11,857 nucleotides of DNA from an uncultured Thermococci archaeon (GTDB lineage: Archaea > CAYQAE01 > CAYVLA01), in NCBI GenBank assembly GCA_964549615.1, contig CAZJVP010000068.1:1-11857 (forward strand), given 5' to 3'. This document shows, piece after piece, positions 7,382 to 11,857 of this stretch (positions are counted from its first letter, which is position 1; every line of letters starts with the position of its first letter). A program made the translations under genes and the position numbers. The notes beneath the pieces were generated by a model. It searched no databases. It saw only the letters and a list, made by a program, of their open reading frames with translations, and was not told the DNA's origin.

Positions 7382-8067
7382 GGCCGCTTTCCCCCCGCCA
7401 ACCGCGAGATGATCTCCTCGACCCGAACTGGGATCCATTTCTCGAGCCTCTCCCACGGGACGAAGCTCTCCCTAGGCATCCTCCACTCCTTCGTGAACTG
7501 GAAGCTCGGGACGAATGCCTTCGTCTTCAGGTATTCCCGGACGAGCCGATCTCTCTCGGGGCTGGTGACGATCTTTCCCTCGAAGAGCGGGGTGACGAGC
7601 AAGCCCATGCTGCCTGCTCCCGCCGAGCAGGGCTCGATGTACTTCTCCTCCGGCTTGAACGCTTCGGGGCTCGCGGCGAACGCATGCTTCCCCGGCTGCG
7701 AGAAGACCACCGGACGCCCATCGCGGACGGGGATCTTTCCATCGACCAGGATCTCCTTGTAATCCCCGTGCCAACTCGCCTCGACCTTCATGTACTCACC
7801 CGACCGGCCGAGGTAAACCCATGCCGCCTCAAGCTCGTAGAGGTGTTCTATGTCCCAATCCCACCATATGCCGTATTCGATCACGCTCTCCAGGCCGGGA
7901 AGCCCGAAGGAGATCGCCGAGGTCGTAGACAGTTTCCTCTTGTAGTCCACGCGGGAGTCCGAGGGGGAACGGAACACGCTGTATCCCACGCGAGAGGGAA
8001 GGAAGGGTTCCATCCTGTCGAAAACGATTATGGGGAAGTGTCTGAAGGCGAGGTCCTTGTCGCTCAA
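7378..8067 (-). CDS. Uncharacterised protein (229 aa), possibly Vps62/NPP1-like fold
   Basis: Clean ORF coupled to the kinase; motif-like stretches [44 protein letters not shown] and [10 protein letters not shown]. Fold assignment is inference. Confidence 0.8.
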   Translation of the reverse strand: MSDKDLAFRHFPIIVFDRMEPFLPSRVGYSVFRSPSDSRVDYKRKLSTTSAISFGLPGLESVIEYGIWWDWDIEHLYELEAAWVYLGRSGEYMKVEASWHGDYKEILVDGKIPVRDGRPVVFSQPGKHAFAASPEAFKPEEKYIEPCSAGAGSMGLLVTPLFEGKIVTSPERDRLVREYLKTKAFVPSFQFTKEWRMPRESFVPWERLEKWIPVRVEEIISRLAGGKRP

Positions 8068-8234
8068 GCTCTCATCAACCGATTCCTGGCATGGACCTGA
8101 AAACTCTTAGCTCGGGCGATAGGGGGATGTACAGGGGAGGAGGCTGGACAAAGAGATATCAGTGCGCTGGCCCAAGTGATGGGCGCCAAGGGCGCCTCGG
8201 CCCACAAGGCCACGCACCGGTCGGGAGGGCTGCG

Positions 8235-9359
8235 GTGAAGTCCAGCAGGCCGAAAGTAGGCAAGAGGCTTAGGATTGCCATCGTCGGGGCAGGCCCGGCG
8301 GGGCTGTCCGCTGCCCTAGAGCTTGCGCGCCTGGGACATGACGCGACTGTCTTTGAGAAGCACGCAGAGGTCGGAGTCCCCGTCAGGTGCGGTGAGTGCC
8401 TCGTGGATCCGTACGGCCTTCTGGACAGGGAGCCGGCGGGAGCAAGGGTTAGGGTACAGGAAGTCTGCATCAAGCTCAGGGATCTTCACGTCTTCCCGAC
8501 CTCCGACATGAACGTGTGGGTGCTGGACAAGGACAAATGGCTCCAGTCCATGGCTGCGGAGGCCCAATCCCAGGAGGTCCACTTGGTCCTTGAGGCGAGG
8601 AGAAGCATATCACAGCTGCGCAGGGACTTTGAATACGTTCTGGACTGCAGCGGCTGCCCGAGCCAATCAAGCAAGGAATATCAAGTCGACTGCGGCGCGC
8701 CCGGCCTAGCCGTGCAGTGGACGGTCAGGGCCGATGTGGCAGCTCGCCTTGGCAGGCTCTACCTTCACTTCGAACCTGGCGAGGTTGGCTACAGTTGGAT
8801 ATTTCCCAAGTCTGCCCGGGAGGCAAACGTCGGCGCAGGCTGGGCCAAGGACCCGCCAGCGGGGAAGTGGGGCGCGTTGCGGGATTTTGCATCCCGAGAG
8901 CTTGGCCGGTTCGACATACTGAGGAGCACGGCTGGCCACGTCCCTTCCCGGATCGTGAAGAACCCGTTCTTCGAGAACGTGCTGCTCTGCGGCGCCGCCG
9001 CGGGGCTTGTCAACCCCTACACCGGGGCCGGCATCCACACGGCGGTCCTGTCGGGCGTCCTAGCAGCACGGTGTCTCGCGGAGGGATGCCCCGGATCGTA
9101 TCGCGCGCGCCTCCTTCTGGCGACGGGGCCCGAGTTTAGGGTCGCGGCTTTCGCCAGATGCCTGCTCGAATCCTCTTACCGCCATCATGAGCGGGCGATC
9201 GCGTACGTGGAGAGGCACTTCCCACTCCGCCAGGTTTTGTCGGGAGATGCCTACCGTAGGCTCTCGCCCATAGTTTACATTTGGAAGATCCGTACGGCTC
9301 TCTTGGACCACGTCTTGGACGGCATGGAAAGTCCCGCAGCCCCCGCGCCACAGGCATGA
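8235..9359 (+). CDS. Geranylgeranyl reductase family FAD-dependent oxidoreductase
   Basis: [14 protein letters not shown] (FAD Rossmann), [14 protein letters not shown]...ANVGAG (YxWxFP), [15 protein letters not shown]. Likely start GTG 8235 with GGGAGG at 8223-8228 rather than 8091. Confidence 0.88.
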   Translation: MKSSRPKVGKRLRIAIVGAGPAGLSAALELARLGHDATVFEKHAEVGVPVRCGECLVDPYGLLDREPAGARVRVQEVCIKLRDLHVFPTSDMNVWVLDKDKWLQSMAAEAQSQEVHLVLEARRSISQLRRDFEYVLDCSGCPSQSSKEYQVDCGAPGLAVQWTVRADVAARLGRLYLHFEPGEVGYSWIFPKSAREANVGAGWAKDPPAGKWGALRDFASRELGRFDILRSTAGHVPSRIVKNPFFENVLLCGAAAGLVNPYTGAGIHTAVLSGVLAARCLAEGCPGSYRARLLLATGPEFRVAAFARCLLESSYRHHERAIAYVERHFPLRQVLSGDAYRRLSPIVYIWKIRTALLDHVLDGMESPAAPAPQA

Positions 9360-9377
9360 CGGCCGCTCCGTCCACAC

Positions 9378-10382
9378 CTAGCCCGAAGCCGGAATCGGCC
9401 GTTTCATCCTTGGCAGGATGAACCTGACCACCAGAAAGCCTTGGAAGACCAGGCCCGCTGCCCAAAGACCAACGAGGATCAAAAGCCTTCTCTGCCTTGA
9501 CTTGGCCTGGGACTGTCTCCCAGCCTCGACGATTTGGGACCTCCTCTCGGCCTCGGCCTTCAAGGACTCTTCCCAGGACTGCGAGAGCTGGTCGTACCTC
9601 TTGGATCCTGCCATGGCCCAGGCCACGCACCTCCTGAACAACTCCCTGAACTCCGTCTGGGCGACAAGCTTCCCCCAGTAGAACGGCAGCCGCTCAACGA
9701 CCGCCACATAACATCCCGGCAGCGAAACGCTTCTGCCTCCCCCGCCCCGTTCCAGGGCCACGACCATGGGGATGCCCGTGGACTCCTCCCTGTAGAGAAC
9801 GCTGAGCCTGCCAAGATCACTGCTCGGCGGGATCGGGCCGGTCGCGCCGGACTGATAGGTGTAATCGGACTGGGTGATGACGAAGCTGGCCGGGAGCCCT
9901 TCCGTGATCCCCTCCAACGCCTCGGACAGCACGTAGGTTGACCCATAGATCCCTCCGATGGTTTTGCCCTTGCCAGTTGAGTTCCCCCGTATGGGAAAGA
10001 CGCTCGTCGCTAGGCCCTTCAACTCCATGCTGCAGGCCGCGCTGAGCCCGACGAGCGACCCCCCTTCCTCGAAATGCCGCTGCAGCACCGGCGTGAACTG
10101 GCGCAGGAAGTCGAAATCCGAGGGGTTGAGCGCCGGGACCACTATGCACCTGACCTGCGGCAGGTTGGCCAACGCCCTCATGACAGAATCCGACCTTGCC
10201 ACGATCGTCCTCGTTCCAGTCTCGTTGATGATCGCCGCCAGAGCATCGGCGTATCCGGGCAGCCTCCCCGCGTAGACGAGCACCACGGGTTCCGGCCGCT
10301 CCGCGCGGCAGGCGGCGAAGAGAGTCACCGTGATCAGCCAACACATCCCGATGGCGGACGTCTTTCCGGGCATGGGCCTCAC
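9378..10382 (-). CDS. Exported, C-terminally membrane-anchored protein with ThuA/class I glutamine amidotransferase-like domain
   Basis: N-terminal hydrophobic signal-like segment; FEEGGSLVGLSAA, PMVVALERGGGGRSVSLPG and FRELFRRCVAWA resemble ThuA-like domains; charged helical linker, then TM helix LLILVGLWAAGLVFQGFLVV and basic tail. GTGA overlap with the upstream gene. Confidence 0.75.
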   Translation of the reverse strand: MRPMPGKTSAIGMCWLITVTLFAACRAERPEPVVLVYAGRLPGYADALAAIINETGTRTIVARSDSVMRALANLPQVRCIVVPALNPSDFDFLRQFTPVLQRHFEEGGSLVGLSAACSMELKGLATSVFPIRGNSTGKGKTIGGIYGSTYVLSEALEGITEGLPASFVITQSDYTYQSGATGPIPPSSDLGRLSVLYREESTGIPMVVALERGGGGRSVSLPGCYVAVVERLPFYWGKLVAQTEFRELFRRCVAWAMAGSKRYDQLSQSWEESLKAEAERRSQIVEAGRQSQAKSRQRRLLILVGLWAAGLVFQGFLVVRFILPRMKRPIPASG

Positions 10383-11251
10383 TCCATTAGGTTCACCAAG
10401 ATCTCGCAGATGGAGCCATCCGCGATCACGCGGATGACGTGGGCCGACATCTTCGCCGGTCTCCGCGGCGTCTCGACGGTGAAATCGACCGAGAAGGTGT
10501 CGTACCTGAGAACGTCCGTGAAGGTGACCCGCCCGAAGTCCGGTGCCTCCGCCATCTCCCTCCGCCCTTCCGGCAGGGGCTGGGCCGATGAGAACGACGC
10601 TTTATCCGCATTCCGGTGGATCTCAAGGCTGGAGATCGCGCTGGCCGGCTCCTTTCCCCCGGGAAACTCAACTCCCACGAACCCGCCAAACCTGTTCAGA
10701 AAGAAGTCGGAGATCCCCTCAAAGTAGATGATGTCAGTGGCGTTCCTCAGGATCAAAAACGAGGTGTAGACCTGGCCCGACATCTTCGGGTTCGAGTACA
10801 GCCTGACCAGGGGGAAGTCCAGGAAAAGCCCGTCGTAGGTGACGTTCCGCCAGCTCGCCTTCACGTCGAATGCCTCGTACGGCACGTAGGGGTTCTCGGT
10901 CTCATCCATCAGAGCCCTTATGGGCAGTATCTCCCGCGCGAGCTCGGGCAACGGTCGTTTCAGATCTACGCCCTCGGCCGCGAATACGGGATCGACCTGC
11001 ACTAAGGTTGCGTACTGGATCTCCAAGGTCTTGATGTCGCGCCTGGCTGCCAGGCTAAGCGAGAAGTCCATTCTCTCCTTGGTCGTCACCGACGCCTCGC
11101 TGTAGATCTTCTTGGGATAGACGTTCTTGAGGACCACCACGGGACTCTCTATCTTCTCCTGCGCCAGAGTGAAGACCACGAGCGCCGAGCTGATCAGCAC
11201 CATGAGGATTATCGAGACGAGGCTTGCGTCGACTCTCAGTCTTTCCCTCAT
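10379..11251 (-). CDS. Hypothetical exported/membrane-anchored protein (290 aa)
   Basis: Basic N-terminus followed by hydrophobic SLVSIILMVLISSALVVFTLA, then a beta-rich soluble region; coupled to the downstream gene. Confidence 0.8.
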   Translation of the reverse strand: MRERLRVDASLVSIILMVLISSALVVFTLAQEKIESPVVVLKNVYPKKIYSEASVTTKERMDFSLSLAARRDIKTLEIQYATLVQVDPVFAAEGVDLKRPLPELAREILPIRALMDETENPYVPYEAFDVKASWRNVTYDGLFLDFPLVRLYSNPKMSGQVYTSFLILRNATDIIYFEGISDFFLNRFGGFVGVEFPGGKEPASAISSLEIHRNADKASFSSAQPLPEGRREMAEAPDFGRVTFTDVLRYDTFSVDFTVETPRRPAKMSAHVIRVIADGSICEILVNLME

Positions 11252-11352
11252 TCGACCGACCTACGAAGTCCGCTGCTTGTCCTGCGCCACGACGTGCTGT
11301 GCGGCCTGAAATATCTTGTTCGATGCCTGGGAGAGACCCGCGGCGCGAACGG

Positions 11353-11367
11353 GGAAAACCCTTAAAA
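11353..11367 (+). promoter_or_regulatory. BRE/TATA promoter of the larA-like gene
   Basis: GGAAAACCCTTAAAA ends 25 nt before the TTG start at 11393; no RBS visible, consistent with a leaderless archaeal transcript. Confidence 0.65.
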
Positions 11368-11392
11368 TCGGGTCGGCTCAACCCCGACCACC

Positions 11393-11857
11393 TTGAGGGT
11401 CAAGATCGCCTACGGAAGGAAGGGCCTAAGCGTTGAGGTCCCTGACGAGAACATCTACCGGGTCGTGGAGCCCAAGTTCGTCCCGGGCGTGAAGGATCCT
11501 TACGACTCGGTGGCCCAAAGCCTAGACAACCCCATTGGCTGCCCGCCCCTCAAAGAGCTGATCGGCCGAGGAAAGGACGTCACGATAGTGGTATCGGACA
11601 AGACCAGGCCGGTGCCGACCAAGGTGATCCTGCCACCCATTCTCGACGAGCTCAATGCGTCGGGCGTCGACGACGCGCACATAACCATCCTCGTCGCCAC
11701 TGGGCTGCACAGGCCAAACACGGAGGAGGAGCTCGCCGAGATGTTGGGCGCTGACGTGCTGGCTAGGATAAAGGTCGTGAACCACGATGCGCGGGACAGG
11801 AAGTCCCAGGTCTATCTGGGCAGGACCAAGAGCGGGACTCCCGTTTGGCTCGATAAG
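11393..11857 (+). CDS. larA: LarA-family nickel-pincer-nucleotide-dependent racemase/epimerase (lactate racemase-like), 3' end outside window
   Basis: Not in ORF track. Manual translation from TTG 11393: MRVKIAYGRKGLSVEVPD...SLDNPIGCPPLKEL...VTIVVSDKTRPVPTKVILPPILDEL...ITILVATGLHRPNTEEELAEMLG...VVNHDARD...YLGRTKSGTPVWLDK; DxTR, ATGxHR and NHD are LarA N-terminal motifs. Confidence 0.92.
   Translation, partial: MRVKIAYGRKGLSVEVPDENIYRVVEPKFVPGVKDPYDSVAQSLDNPIGCPPLKELIGRGKDVTIVVSDKTRPVPTKVILPPILDELNASGVDDAHITILVATGLHRPNTEEELAEMLGADVLARIKVVNHDARDRKSQVYLGRTKSGTPVWLDK

Noticed and set aside
6278-7762. 494-aa plus-strand ORF
   Set aside because: Antisense shadow of the FGGY kinase and upstream gene; no domain features.
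8091-8234. N-terminal extension of the GGR protein
   Set aside because: Would fill the divergent promoter region; GTG 8235 has a good RBS and lies just before the Rossmann motif.
1-11857. CRISPR arrays, tRNA/rRNA, IS elements, integrases or defence genes
   Set aside because: No regularly spaced repeats, cloverleaf, terminal inverted repeats or relevant protein motifs found by eye.

Overview
GC-rich window, probably archaeal: several genes have BRE/TATA-like boxes about 25-30 nt upstream of apparently leaderless starts, and a geranylgeranyl-reductase-family gene is present. Left to right: a partial calcineurin-like metallophosphoesterase (-); a decayed ABC-2 exporter (frameshifted ATPase plus internally deleted permease remnant, +); an intact PadR/ABC ATPase/ABC-2 permease operon with a TATA box and candidate tandem operator (+); a minus-strand cluster of a 102-aa hypothetical, a short NfeD and a 36-aa membrane peptide; a translationally coupled minus-strand operon (uncharacterised 229-aa protein, FGGY carbohydrate kinase, stand-alone B3/B4 domain protein); a GGR-family flavoprotein (+); two coupled exported/membrane proteins, one ThuA/class I GATase-like (-); and the 5' part of a LarA-family nickel-pincer racemase/epimerase (+). 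No tRNA, rRNA, CRISPR or mobile element was seen. No clearly new system is demonstrated; the best leads are the unknown-FGGY-B3/B4 operon, the cell-surface gene pair and several candidate cis-elements. All family calls are from motif recognition, not database searches.
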